Positions 24,401 to 36,411 of a stretch of 64,000 bases of DNA are shown piece by piece (the stretch's first letter is position 1; each line of letters begins with the position of its first letter). This stretch comes from Macrostomum lignano (lineage: Eukaryota). The stretch is taken from contig NIVC01001302.1 in NCBI GenBank assembly GCA_002269645.1, positions 1-64,000 of the forward strand, read 5' to 3'. A model generated the notes under the pieces. It was not told where the DNA came from and ran no database searches. It was given only the letters and a program-made list of their open reading frames with translations. Both the position numbers and the translations under genes were made by a program.

Positions 24401-27400
24401 CTAAACCAGGCCATGGCAAAGTTACTTTATAAAGTGATTGATAAATTTATAGGTTCCAAACAAAAATGCATAAATTTAAATTTGGTTTTTTGTTACTCAT
24501 ATTGAAGCATTATATGTTCAAAGTGAAGCTTTTATACTATGATAGTTATGGGGTTGTGAGCAAATTCCTATAGAGGTGATAAAATCTCTGATTCAATAAG
24601 TCTTTTTATAGTTGAGTATGATAGATCTGCAAGTTGGGTGATATTGTTATATAAAATCATGTTCAATTTGTGTTTATGTCACAATGTTTGCCAGCTATAA
24701 TAGTTGTTACATTATTATGTTACAATGTTGCATCTCTAAATCTCTAATAGATAACAAAATAGCAGATGACAAAGTGTCTATGAACTAAATATAGGTCCAT
24801 AGGGTTGAATATATGACTATAAAGCTTATTTTTATAATGAAATATTGCCTTATGCCTATTATAGCCAGTGGCTATATTTTAGGCAGCATTTGGAACAGAT
24901 CGGCTCCTAGCAGTGTGGGCACAATCTAGTATGCTAGTATAATCTAGTGTTAGAAAGAGGGACATTTAGTGCAATTTAGACCTTGGCCATAATAGGGAGA
25001 TCGGCAGGTGTTGCAAGTGATTTAAAAGTTATAATGAGACTCATTTTTGTGTGATTTTATTTATTATTTAATTTAGTTTTTATAAACATAAAAAAAATTT
25101 GATGCCTCAAAAATGTGATATTATCCCACCCCTAGACATGTGAAAATGACAACACATTATCATTTAATTATTTTTTTTTCAGATATAATCATAGGTATTA
25201 CTTCTAACTAATGTATTAGTTAAATAGAACAATTTAACAAAAGAAAAAGCAGAAAAACAGGTTATTAGTAGACCGTCACCAAATTAACAAAAATGATCAA
25301 ACTAAATGATAATGATTCCAAACAAAATAATTTTGAGATAAATTTTATATATGAAATGTTAAATGCAAATAGCATTAACAAAATAGCAATTTGGAACTGG
25401 AAAAGACAAAGAAATAACAGCCCAGGTAGGATTGCTCAGAGAACTCCAAGGGAAGCAAGGCCTGAACTGCGCATCTAGTGTGCTCCACCTCCTTGAAATT
25501 GGCAGTCTAGGCCAGGAAAACCAATGCAGAGCATTGTGATCACAAAGCAGCGACTTAATAACACCTAGCTAGCCGAGACTAGTGACATCTGCACCTTCGA
25601 CCAGCACCACTGCTGGCCTTCGGCTTGTGAGAACCCTTGCAAATGATAGTAGATTGCTCTCTTAATGCCATTTCATAGGCATCTCTATAGACTTTCCCGA
25701 AGTGACTCAGAGCACCAATGCAAGGTTAAATGCTTAGGCAACAGCAGCACAACTTCATTTTGTAAATCAGGCTCTTTCATGAGTCTCCGAATAGTGAGAA
25801 AATGTGATAGAGTAATGATAAGGACAGCTGTTGATGATCACTTCGACTTCGATTACCACAGTAGACAGCTGGTCTAGCACGAACAGTGAGTGATTCAGTG
25901 TCTTTCGAAACACAGGCCTCAAAAATTTAACTAAGCGCTTCCAAAAGCCATCCTTACCGAGGAGCTTTGGCAGGGATGAAGGACCATGATATGCCTCTGG
26001 AATTAAAGAAGTTTTGTATCTTATTGTTGGCATAGATTTCGAGTCCCGCCTTACTGTGCCAGTGAAGGTTAAAGCATTGTCACTAATTATTGAAGGGAAA
26101 CCTTTCCTGGCAACAAAGCAGTGGAGAGCATTGATAAACTGCAATTTTGTCATGTCAGAGAGTCTCTTCTAAATGTATGGCTTGAGTTGAGAAGCAGGTG
26201 GACAATAGGATGTATGCCTTCGATCCTTCTTGAGCAGTATGAGTATTATAATACAGTCCTGCTAGATTGAGGCCAACAGCTGTCTAGAAAGCACAGATGT
26301 CCGACAACCAAAAGCCAGGTTGAGGTGGAGCCACAGAAAACTTTCTTGCAGACTACGCAGAGCTTCAGTTCCTGCTTTACGCGTTGACAGCCCTTCAATA
26401 CCCAGTACCTTTCTCTGATCTAATGAAGAGTGTCTCCAATGCCACAATGGCAACTAGCTTCATTGCTAGCTTCGTGAGCCAGCTGTTTGAATTGAGTCAG
26501 GATGCGGCAATAGAATTAGATTGTTAGTCTCGAATTAAAATGTGGTGGACAGGCGACCCCTGCAGCGAAGGAGGCCCTTATTGTCCAAAAAGAAGTTCAA
26601 ATTCCGATTGACAGGTGTAGCTTTAGTTTGGTAAAATAAGTGTTGAATTTCTGGAGAATATTCAATTTCTTCATTGTTCATTGACTACTCAGAAACCAGA
26701 TGTTGATAGACTGTGGCTTAACTGATCTTCACAAAAATCAGCAATTAATGCTTTAAATGCCTATTGACCATGACCTACGTATCCCTGTTTAGTTTTTTTT
26801 CTATTATTCTATAAATTTAAAGAAAATAATCTCTAAAGAAAAGACATTTTATCAAAAATAAACAAACCTTCAGTAGTATTTAAACAAATCATGTTTACCT
26901 CTAAGAAGTTAATCTAAAATTGAATTTATTGCGGAGGTGACTACTGAGAGTAGCCGAATGCTTAGTGAAAATTATTTTTTGCTCTCCGAATTGGCAGAGA
27001 GTGTACTATCTATCGCTAGAGTTCTACATGGGCCGAACCCTGACCAACACAATGGCTAACCTGGGCCTCACCCAAGCTGTAGAGGAGGCGCTCTACCAAC
27101 TCGGCCTGGACTTGGAGGATATTGAAGAGATCGAAGACGATGCCGGCTTGGGGAATGGAGGCCTGGGCCGGTTGGCCGCCTGCTTTCTGGACTCCATGGC
27201 CACGCTGGGCCTGGCCGCCTATGGCTACGGCATTCGCTACGACTATGGCATCTTCCAGCAGAAGATTGCGGATGGATGGCAGGTTGGTTTTCCGCCATAC
27301 CTACAGATATGAGTCAATATGACAACGAAAAGTTATGGATATGGAGGTTTTGAGACACTTCCATCGGTGTCTCTAGCGACTTTGCCGACTCAAACGACGG

Positions 27401-30400
27401 CGACTTTTTGGCGCCCTGTTCCACGAAATCTCGTCGTTTTAGAGTCCTCTAGAGTCACTTCTTTCAGTTCTATTTTTTGTGTTACCTGCAACAAATCTGG
27501 GCGCGACGCTAGTGACTAAACCATTTTAGCAGGCGACTTCATAAGCTTCATAGGTTTTCAAGGTTGGGAAATTTCGAGCTTGTGAAGCGACCCCCTTAGG
27601 CCCCTAGGGACCTAGAGATTCTCTTTGCTGAACGTATTACTTCAAGTAGACTTTTAACAGCAAGATGCATGAATTTGGTTTACAGGTCGAGGAGCCAGAC
27701 GATTGGCTGAGATTCGGAAATCCGTGGGAGAAGGCCCGGCCGGAGTACCTGCTGCCGATTAGTTTCTATGGTCGCGTTGATGTCGGACCGGACGGCTCGA
27801 AGCGCTGGGTTGACGCACAGACTGTGCTGGCCATGCCGTATGATACGCCAGTGCCTGGGTGAGCTCTCGCCTTGTCAGTAGATGCAGGCCTTAGCCACCG
27901 ATATGTATCAAATAAATAGTAATTTACTGAGGCTCATAGTAGCCGATATGTATCGAATATATAGAAATTTAAATGCAGGTCATAGTAGCCGATATGTATC
28001 GAAAATATAGAAATGTAAATGCAGGTCATAGAAGCCGATATGTATCGATTAAATTGAAATGTAATTCCCTTTTAATCTGAACTTTATTGACCTTACGGTC
28101 TTGAATTTAATAAACTGCCACCCCTTATGCAGCTTTGGCAACAACAACTGCAACACGCTGCGTCTGTGGACCGCCAAAGCTCCCCAGAGCTTCAATTTGC
28201 ACTCGTTCAACTCCGGCGAGTACATCTCGGCCGTGTGCGACCGCAATCAGGCTGAGAATATCAGCAGAGTGCTCTATCCTAACGATAACTTCTTTGAGGG
28301 CAAAGAGCTGCGACTCAAGCAGGAGTACTTCCTGGTAGCGGCTACTCTGCAGGATATTATTCGAAGATTTCGCAATTCGAAATCCTACAATCATTGTTTC
28401 GATAATTTCGCCGACAAAGTAGCCATTCAGTTGAATGACACGCATCCCAGCTTAGCCATACCCGAGCTGATGCGAATCTTCATCGATCAGGAGAAGCTGG
28501 CCTGGGATGCGGCTTGGAGCATCTGCGTTGCCACGTTTGCCTATACGAATCACACCATACTGCCTGAGGCTCTGGAGCGCTGGCCTGTGCAGACTCTGGC
28601 CAAGTGCTTGCCAAGGTGAATTTTTTATTGATTTAGTTGGATTTTAAAATCTTGATGAACTGCGTGACCTCAACTTCATTGATGACCCAGAACTGCGTGA
28701 CCCATAATTCATTGAGGACTCAGAACTGTATGACCCAGAACTGCATGACTCAAAATTCATTGATGACTCAGAACTGCATGACCCAAAATTCATTGATGAC
28801 CCAGAACTGCAGGACCCATCATTCATTTTGATCCAGAACTGCATGACTCAAAATTCATTGATGACTCAGAACTGCATGACCCAAAATTCATTGATGACCC
28901 AGAGTTGTATGACCCAAACTTGATTAATGACTTAGAACTGCATGACCCAAAATTCATTGATGACCCAGAACTGCATCACCAAAAATTCATTGATGACCCA
29001 GAACTGCATGACCAAATTCATTGATGACCCAGAACTGCATGACCCAAATTTATGATGGCCCAAAACTGCTGATCCTTTAATGACTTTAGAACTGAAGAAC
29101 TGAGTGACTCGACTTTAGATGATCTAGATCATAATGGTCCGAATATTTTTGACATAATTAAATGATCTATTTATTTTTCTTTAAACGATTCTCATCATAC
29201 GCTTCAATACAACAATTAACATATTTCTTCCAGACACCTGGAGATAATTTACGACATCAATCAGCGCTTCCTGGCCTACGTATCCGAGCGGTATCCGGGC
29301 GACATGGATCGCATCAGGCGGATGAGCCTGGTTGAAGAGGACGGCTGCAAGCGCATCAACATGGCCTACCTGTGCGTGGTTGGCAGCCACGCTGTTAATG
29401 GAGTCGCCAGGTGAGATTTTTTACGGATCCTCAGTTGCTTGGCCAGCCTCCCAGATCCTCAGTTGCTGGGCCAGCCTCCCAGATTCTCAGTTGCTGGGCC
29501 AGCCTCCCAGATCCTCAGTTGCTGGGCCAGCCTTCCAGAGTGTCAGTTGCTTGGCCAGCCTCCCAGATCCCCAGTTGCTGGGCCAGCCTCCCAGATCCTC
29601 AGTTGCTGGGACAGCCTCCCAGATCCTCAGTTGCTGGGACAGCCTCCCAGATCCTCAGTTGCTGGGCCAGCCTCCCAGACCCTCAGTTGCTGGGCCAGCC
29701 TCCCAGACCCTCAGTTGCTGGGCCAGCCTCCCAGACCCTCAGTTGCTGGGCCAGCCTCCCAGATCCTCAGTTGCTGGGCCAGCCTTCCAGATCCTCAGTT
29801 GCTGGGCCAGCCTCCCAGATCCTCAGTTGCTGGGCCAGCCTCCCAGAGTGTCAGTTGCTGGGCCAGCCTCCCAGACCCTCAGTTGCTGGGCCAGCCTCCC
29901 AGATCCTCAGTTGCTGGGCCAGCCTCCCAGAGTGTCAGTTGCTGGGCCAGCCTCCCAGACCCTCAGTTGCTGGGCCAGCCTCCCAGATCCTCAGTTGCTG
30001 GGCCAGCCTCTCAGATCCTTAGTTGCTGGGCCAGCCTCCCAGATCCTGCAGTTGCTGGGCCAGCCTCCCAGATCCTCAGTTGCTGGGCCAGCCTCCCAGA
30101 CCCTCAGTTGCTGGGCCAGCCTCCCAGATCCTCAGTTGCTGGGCCAGCCTCCCAGAGTGTCGGTTGCTGGGCCAGCCTCCCAGACCCTCAGTTGCTGGGC
30201 CAGCCTCCCAGATCCTCAGTTGCTGGGCCAGCCTCTCAGATCCTTAGTTGCTGGGCCAGCCTCCCAGATCCTGTAGTTGCTGGGCCAGCCTCCCAGATCC
30301 TCAGTTTTTGACCGTCCTTGACTTTCCAGAATCCACTCCGACCTCATCAAGAAGCACGTTTTCAAGGACTTCTACGAGCTGTGGCCCGAGCGATTCCAGA

Positions 30401-33400
30401 ATAAAACCAACGGCATCACGCCTCGCCGCTGGCTGCTGCTGTGCAATCCCGGACTCAGCGACCTGCTCAGCGACAAGATCGGGCCGGCTTGGATCACCGA
30501 TCTGGACCAGCTCCGCCAGCTGACCGACTTTCAAGACAACGAGCACGTCCTGCGCGAGCTGGTCAAAGTGAAGTCCCAGGCTAAACGAAAATTTGCCGAT
30601 TTTGTAATGCGAGAATTCAAAGTGAAGATTGATCCTTCCAGTATGTTCGACATTCAGGTGAGACCGCCCACCTCCGAGCTCTTGAATTAGCGCATATTTT
30701 TCTCAAGGATGAAATCATTTCCATTTACAGAGTGACTTCACACCTGGTCATTATTAATTACAGAGTGACTTCACACCTGGTCATTGTCTAGTTGACTACA
30801 GAGTGACTTCACACCTTGTCATTATTAATTACAGAGTGACTTCACACCTGGTCATTGTCTAGTTGACTACAGAGTGACTTCACACCTTGTCATTATTAAT
30901 TACAGAGTGACTTCACACCTGGTCATTGTCTAGTTGACTACATAGTGACTTCACACCTTGTCATTATTAATTACAGAGTGACTTCACACCTTTTCATTAT
31001 TAATTACAGAGTGACTTCACACCTTGTCATTATTAATTACAGAGTGACTTCACACCTTTTCATTATTAATTACAGAGTGACTTCACACCTGGTCATTGTC
31101 TAGTTGACTACAGAGTGACTTCACACCTGGTCATTGTTTAATTACAGAGTGACTTCACACATGGTCATTGTTTAATTACAGAGTGACTTCACACCTTTTC
31201 ATTATTAATTACAGAGTGACTTCACACCTGGTCATTATTAATTACAGAGTGACTTCACACCTGGTCATTATTAATTACAGAGTGACTTCACACCTTTTCA
31301 TTATTAATTACAGAGTGACTTCACACCTGGTCATTATTAATTACAGAGTGACTTCACACCTTTTCATTATTAATTACAGAGTGAATTCACACCTTTTCAT
31401 TATTAATTACAGAGTGAATTCACACCTTTTCATTATTAATTACAGAGTGACTTCACACCTATTCATTATTAATTATAACTCCCCCAGGTAAAGCGCATTC
31501 ACGAGTACAAGCGGCAGCTGCTGAACTGTCTGCACGTGATCACCCTGTACAACCGCATCCGTGACAACCCCAAGTGCAAATTCGTGCCCAGAACGGTGAT
31601 GATCGGCGGCAAAGCTGCCCCGGGCTACCACATGGCCAAATTAATTATCAAACTAATCAACTCGGTGGCTAAAGTTATTAACAATGATCCCATTGTTGGC
31701 AATCGCCTGCGGGTGCTATTCTTAGAAAACTATCGAGTCAGCCTGGCCGAGAAAATCTTCCCAGCGGCGGACCTGTCCGAGCAGATCAGCACAGCCGGTA
31801 CGGAGGCGTCCGGCACCGGCAACATGAAGTTCATGCTCAATGGCGCCCTCACTATCGGCACAATGGACGGCGCCAATGTGGAAATGTGCGAAGAGATGGG
31901 CCGCGAGAATATGTTCGTGTTCGGCATGTCGGTTGAAGAAGTCGAAGCTTTGTCTCGCAGCGGCTACCGGCCTGCGGACCATTACGCTTCGAGCCCCGAG
32001 CTGCGCCGCTGTCTCGACATGATTCGCGACGGGGTGTTCTCGCCGCCCGACAATGCCGGCCTGTTTCGCGACGTCTTCGACAGTTTAGTGTATCACGACC
32101 GGTTCATGCTTCTGGCCGACTATAAGGATTATATTCGAGCTCAGGACCTCGCTGCTGAAACCTACTTGGTAAGGCTTGAACTACTTGATCTGATCTCTGG
32201 ATTTTTATTAGTATTCAGAATGATTTGTAGATTGGGAATATTGGGATAATTAGTAGATTATGAGATATTAGGATAATTTGTAGATTATGGAATATTGGGA
32301 TAATTTTTAGTTTATGGAATAATTTTGATTTTTATAGGTAGAGATGGGATAATTTGTAGATTATGGGATTTTAGGATGATTTGTAGATTATGGGATTTTA
32401 GGATGATTTGTAGTTTATGGGATATTGGGATAATTTGTAGTTTATGGGATAATGAGATAATTAGTAGATTATAGGATATTGGGATAATTTGTATATTATG
32501 GGATATTGGGCTAATATGTAGATTATTGGATATTGGGATAATTTGTAGAGTATGGGATATTGGGTTAATTTGTAGATTATGGGATATTGGGATAATTTGT
32601 AGTTTATGGGATATTGGGATAATTTGTAGATTATGGGATTTTAGGATGATTTGTAGATTATGGGATTTTAGGATGATTTGTAGATTATGGGATTTTAGGA
32701 TGATTTATAGATTATGGGGTATTGGGATAGTTTGTAGATAATGGGATATTGGGATACTTTGTAGATTATGGGATATTGGGATAATTTGTAGATTATTGGA
32801 TATTGGGATAATTTGTATATTATGGGATATTGGGCTAATATGTAGATGATTGGATATTGGGATAATTTGTAGATTGTGGTATATTGGGATAATTTGTAGA
32901 TTATGGGATTTTTTTGGATGATTTGTAGATTATGGGATTTTAGGATGATTTGTAGATTATGGGATTTTAGGATGATTTGTAGATTATGGGGTATTGGGAT
33001 AATTTGTATATTATGGGATATTGGGATAATTTGTATATTATGGGATATTGGGCTAATATGTAGATTATTGGATATTGGGATAATTTGTAGATTGTGGTAT
33101 ATTGGGATAATTTGTAGTTTATGGGATATTGGTATAATTTGTAGATTATGGGATATTGGGATAATTTGTAGTTTATGGGATATTGGGATAATTTGTATAT
33201 TATGGGATATTGGGCTAATATTTAGATTTTTGGATATTGGGATAATTTCTAGATTGTGGGATATTGGGATAATTTGTATACTGTGGGACATTAGGATAAT
33301 TTGTACGATTATGACATCTACAATTATATATAATCTATAATCTACGACAATCTACAATTGTAGATTAAGGGATATTTAAATAATTGTAAATTAAGGTATT

Positions 33401-33762
33401 TTGGAATAGTTTCTAGATTATGGGATTTTATGATGATTTGTAGATTATGGGAATTTTGGATAATTTGTGAATTATGGGATTTTGGGATAATTATCAGGTG
33501 AGGATATTAGGGGGCAATTTCCAGGCCAGGATATTGTGACATTATTCAACCTGCTGGCATCAACCCCCCCCCCCAGGACCAGGCAAAGTGGTCCCGCATG
33601 TGCCTGCTGAACATTGCCGCGGCTGGGAAATTCTCCTCTGACCGGACAATCAGCGAGTACGCCAAGGACATCTGGAACGTGGACCCGCACGGTATTAAGC
33701 TGCCAGCCCCCCACGAGTCGCCTCTAAGCCAGTTCGGCGCCTCTGCCGAAGAGACCAACTGA
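21435..33762 (+). CDS. PYG: Glycogen phosphorylase (856 aa)
   Basis: Exons 21435-21692, 26998-27282, 27686-27858, 28133-28615, 29234-29410, 30330-30657, 31488-32168, 33577-33762 join in frame. Motifs: RRGLSVRG (Ser14-type site), [72 protein letters not shown] (PLP lysine), KFSSDRTI. Confidence 0.98.
23090..23520. repeat. About 25-bp degenerate minisatellite (AAGGATTACTGCACTTGATAAACC)n
   Basis: Tandem degenerate copies in phosphorylase intron 1. Confidence 0.88.
23745..24150. repeat. Old degenerate minisatellite (GGGAGATGCTTGCTATCT core)
   Basis: Recurrent TGCTTGCTATCT motif. Confidence 0.7.
25420..26460 (-). mobile_element. Degenerate BEL/Pao LTR-retrotransposon integrase fragment
   Basis: Minus-strand translation with stops and shifts: [19 protein letters not shown]...CVVCKK (zinc-binding HHCC); [25 protein letters not shown]; WKRLVK...[19 protein letters not shown]; terminal AVQALLPLE. 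No LTRs seen; antisense in phosphorylase intron 1. Confidence 0.85.
27895..28050. repeat. Three copies of about 47-bp unit (AGCCGATATGTATCGAA...GCAGGTCATAG)
   Basis: In phosphorylase intron 3. Confidence 0.75.
28655..29075. repeat. About 33-bp minisatellite (GATGACCCAGAACTGCATGACCCAAAATTCATT)n
   Basis: Phosphorylase intron 4. Confidence 0.9.
29425..30305. repeat. 28-bp minisatellite (GTTGCTGGGCCAGCCTCCCAGATCCTCA)n
   Basis: Fills phosphorylase intron 5; about 31 copies. Confidence 0.96.
30725..31470. repeat. 33-bp minisatellite (TTACAGAGTGACTTCACACCTTTTCATTATTAA)n
   Basis: Fills phosphorylase intron 6. Confidence 0.96.
32215..33490. repeat. 27-bp minisatellite (TTTGTAGATTATGGGATATTGGGATAA)n
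   Basis: Fills phosphorylase intron 7. Confidence 0.94.
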
Positions 33763-34139
33763 CTCAAAGTTACTAAAGCTGCTCGAGACAAAATTTACTG
33801 CTTTAATTTTTGTAGCGCAAAATTCTCCAGAAAATCGCATCTAGAATCATATTTTATTATATATAGTGCATTTGTATAGTAGCCAACCTACAGAGTTTTG
33901 TTTTCAATTCATATTTACACATTTTTATATTCTTCCTATATTTCTTTGGACCAGTGAGCACTCAAGCTGTCTTGCATTTTAGTTTGCCATGATATAAACA
34001 AACAAATCGAAATATAAATTGTTTTTTTCTGCTAGCTGATTATATTTTGTTTCAAATTAACTTTTTATTGTTAGCTACTTTAAGTAGTTTATAGGTTGGC
34101 TCGTAGGAGGTTGTCCTGCGATTCACAACAATGATGGCC

Positions 34140-36297
34140 AGCCTCGAATCTCATTGAGAATCGCCCTCAATCTTATCAGCTAGTCTCGAATCTCATTGAG
34201 AATCGCCCTCGAATCTCATCAGTTAGTCTCGAATCTCATTGAGAATCGCCATCAATCTTATCAGCTAGTCTCGAATCTCATCGAGAATCGCCCTCAATCT
34301 TATCAGCTAGTCTCGGATCTCATTGAGAATCGCCCTCGAATCTCATCAGTTAGTCTCGAATCTCATTGAGAATCGCCCTCGAATCTCATCAGTTAGTCTC
34401 GAATCTCATTGAGAATCGCCATCAATCTTATCAGCTAGTCTCGAATCTCATCGAGAATCGCCCTCAATCTTATCAGCTAGTCTCGGATCTCATTGAGAAT
34501 CGCCCTCGAATCTCATCAGTTAGTCTCGAATCTCATTGAGAATCGCCCTCAATCTTATCAGCTAGTCTCGAATCTCATTGAGAATCGCCCTCGAATCTCA
34601 TCAGTTAGTCTCGAATCTCATTGAGAATCGCCCTCGAATCTCATCAGTTAGTCTCGAATCTCATTGAGAATCGCCCTCAATCTTATCAGTTAGTCTCGAA
34701 TCTCATTGAGAATAGCCCTCAATTTCAGCACTTAGTCTCGAATCTCATTGAGAATAGCCCTCAATATCAGCACTTAGTCTCGAATCTCATTGAGAATAGC
34801 CCTCAATCTTATCAGTTAGTCTCGAATCTCATTGAGAATCGCCCTCGAATCTCATTGAGAATCGACCTCAATCTTATCAGTTAGTCTCGAATCTCATTGA
34901 GAATAGCCCTCAATCTCATCAGTTAGTCTCGAATCTCATTGAGAATCGCCATCAATCTCATCAGTTGGTCTCGAATCCCATTGAGAATAGCCCTCAATCT
35001 TATCAGTTAGTCTCGAATCTCATTGAGAATAGCCCTCAATCTTATCAGTTAGTCTCGAATCTCATTGAGAATAGCCCTCAATCTTATCAGTTAGTCTCGA
35101 ATCCCATTGAGAATAGCCCTCAATCTTATCAGTTAGTCTCGAATCTCATTGAGAATAGCCCTCAATCTCATCAGTTAGTCTCGAATCTCATTGAGAATCG
35201 CCATCAATCTCATCAGTTGGTCTCGAATCCCATTGAGAATAGCCCTCAATCTTATCAGTTAGTCTCGAATCTCATTGAGAATAGCCCTCAATCTTATCAG
35301 TTAGTCTCGAATCTCATTGAGAATAGCCCTCAATCTCATCAGTTAGTCTCGAATCTCATTGAGAATAGCCCTCAATCTTATCAGTTAGTCTCGAATCCCA
35401 TTGAGAATAGCCCTCAATCTTATCAGTTAGTCTCGAATCTCATTGAGAATAGCCCTCAATCTTATCAGTTAGTCTCGAATCTCATTGAGAATAGCCCTCA
35501 ATCTTATCAGTTAGTCTCGAATCTCATTGAGAATAGCCCTCAATCTCATCAGTTAGTCTCGAATCTCATTGAGAATCGCCATCAATCTCATCAGTTGGTC
35601 TCGAATCCCATTGAGAATAGCCCTCAATCTTATCAGTTAGTCTCGAATCTCATTGAGAATAGCCCTCAATCTTATCAGTTAGTCTCGAATCTCATTGAGA
35701 ATAGCCCTCAATCTCATCAGTTAGTCTCGAATCTCATTGAGAATCGCCATCAATCTCATCAGTTGGTCTCGAATCCCATTGAGAATAGCCCTCAATCTTA
35801 TCAGTTAGTCTCGAATCTCATTGAGAATAGCCCTCAATCTTATCAGTTAGTCTCGAATCTCATTGAGAATAGCCCTCAATCTCATCAGTTAGTCTCGAAT
35901 CTCATTGAGAATAGCCCTCAATCTTATCAGTTAGTCTCGAATCCCATTGAGAATAGCCCTCAATCTTATCAGTTAGTCTCGAATCCCATTGAGAATAGCC
36001 CTCAATCTTATCAGTTAGTCTCGAATCCCATTGAGAATCGCCCTCAATCTTATCAGTTAGTCTCGAATCTCATTGAGAATAGCCCTCAATCTTATCAGTT
36101 AGTCTCGAATCCCATTGAGAATAGCCCTCAATCTTATCAGTTAGTCTCGAATCCCATTGAGAATAGCCATCAATCCCATTGAGAATCGCCATCAATCTCA
36201 TCAGTTAGTCTCGAATCCCATTGAGAATAGCCATCAATCCCATTGAGAATCGCCCTCAATCTCATCAGTTGGTCTCGAATCTCATTGAGAATAGCCC
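34140..36297. repeat. 42-bp minisatellite (GTCTCGAATCTCATTGAGAATAGCCCTCAATCTTATCAGTTA)n
   Basis: About 51 copies between phosphorylase and DHX33; source of the 405-aa ORF. Confidence 0.97.
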
Positions 36298-36411
36298 TAT
36301 TTCTTTAAGTTCAAAGTATTAAAGTCGAGTTTGTTACGGCCCCTTGAGAATCGCCCTCTCATGGCATTTCATGTCCATAATTTCTGTTCATGGCAGAAAG
36401 CTAACACAGCA

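Noticed and set aside
26530-26605. tRNA B-box-like GTTCAAATTCC, possible tRNA or SINE
   Set aside because: No A box at the right spacing and no cloverleaf.
31481-31495. AG|GTAAAG at phosphorylase exon 7 (also AG|GTAATC at DHX33 44690) as recursive splice sites
   Set aside because: The GT is the first codon (Val) of conserved coding sequence, which explains it sufficiently.
34965-36182. 405-aa repeat ORF ([14 protein letters not shown])n
   Set aside because: A 42-bp unit is divisible by 3 and stop-free in one frame; there is no ATG start or unique flanking domain.
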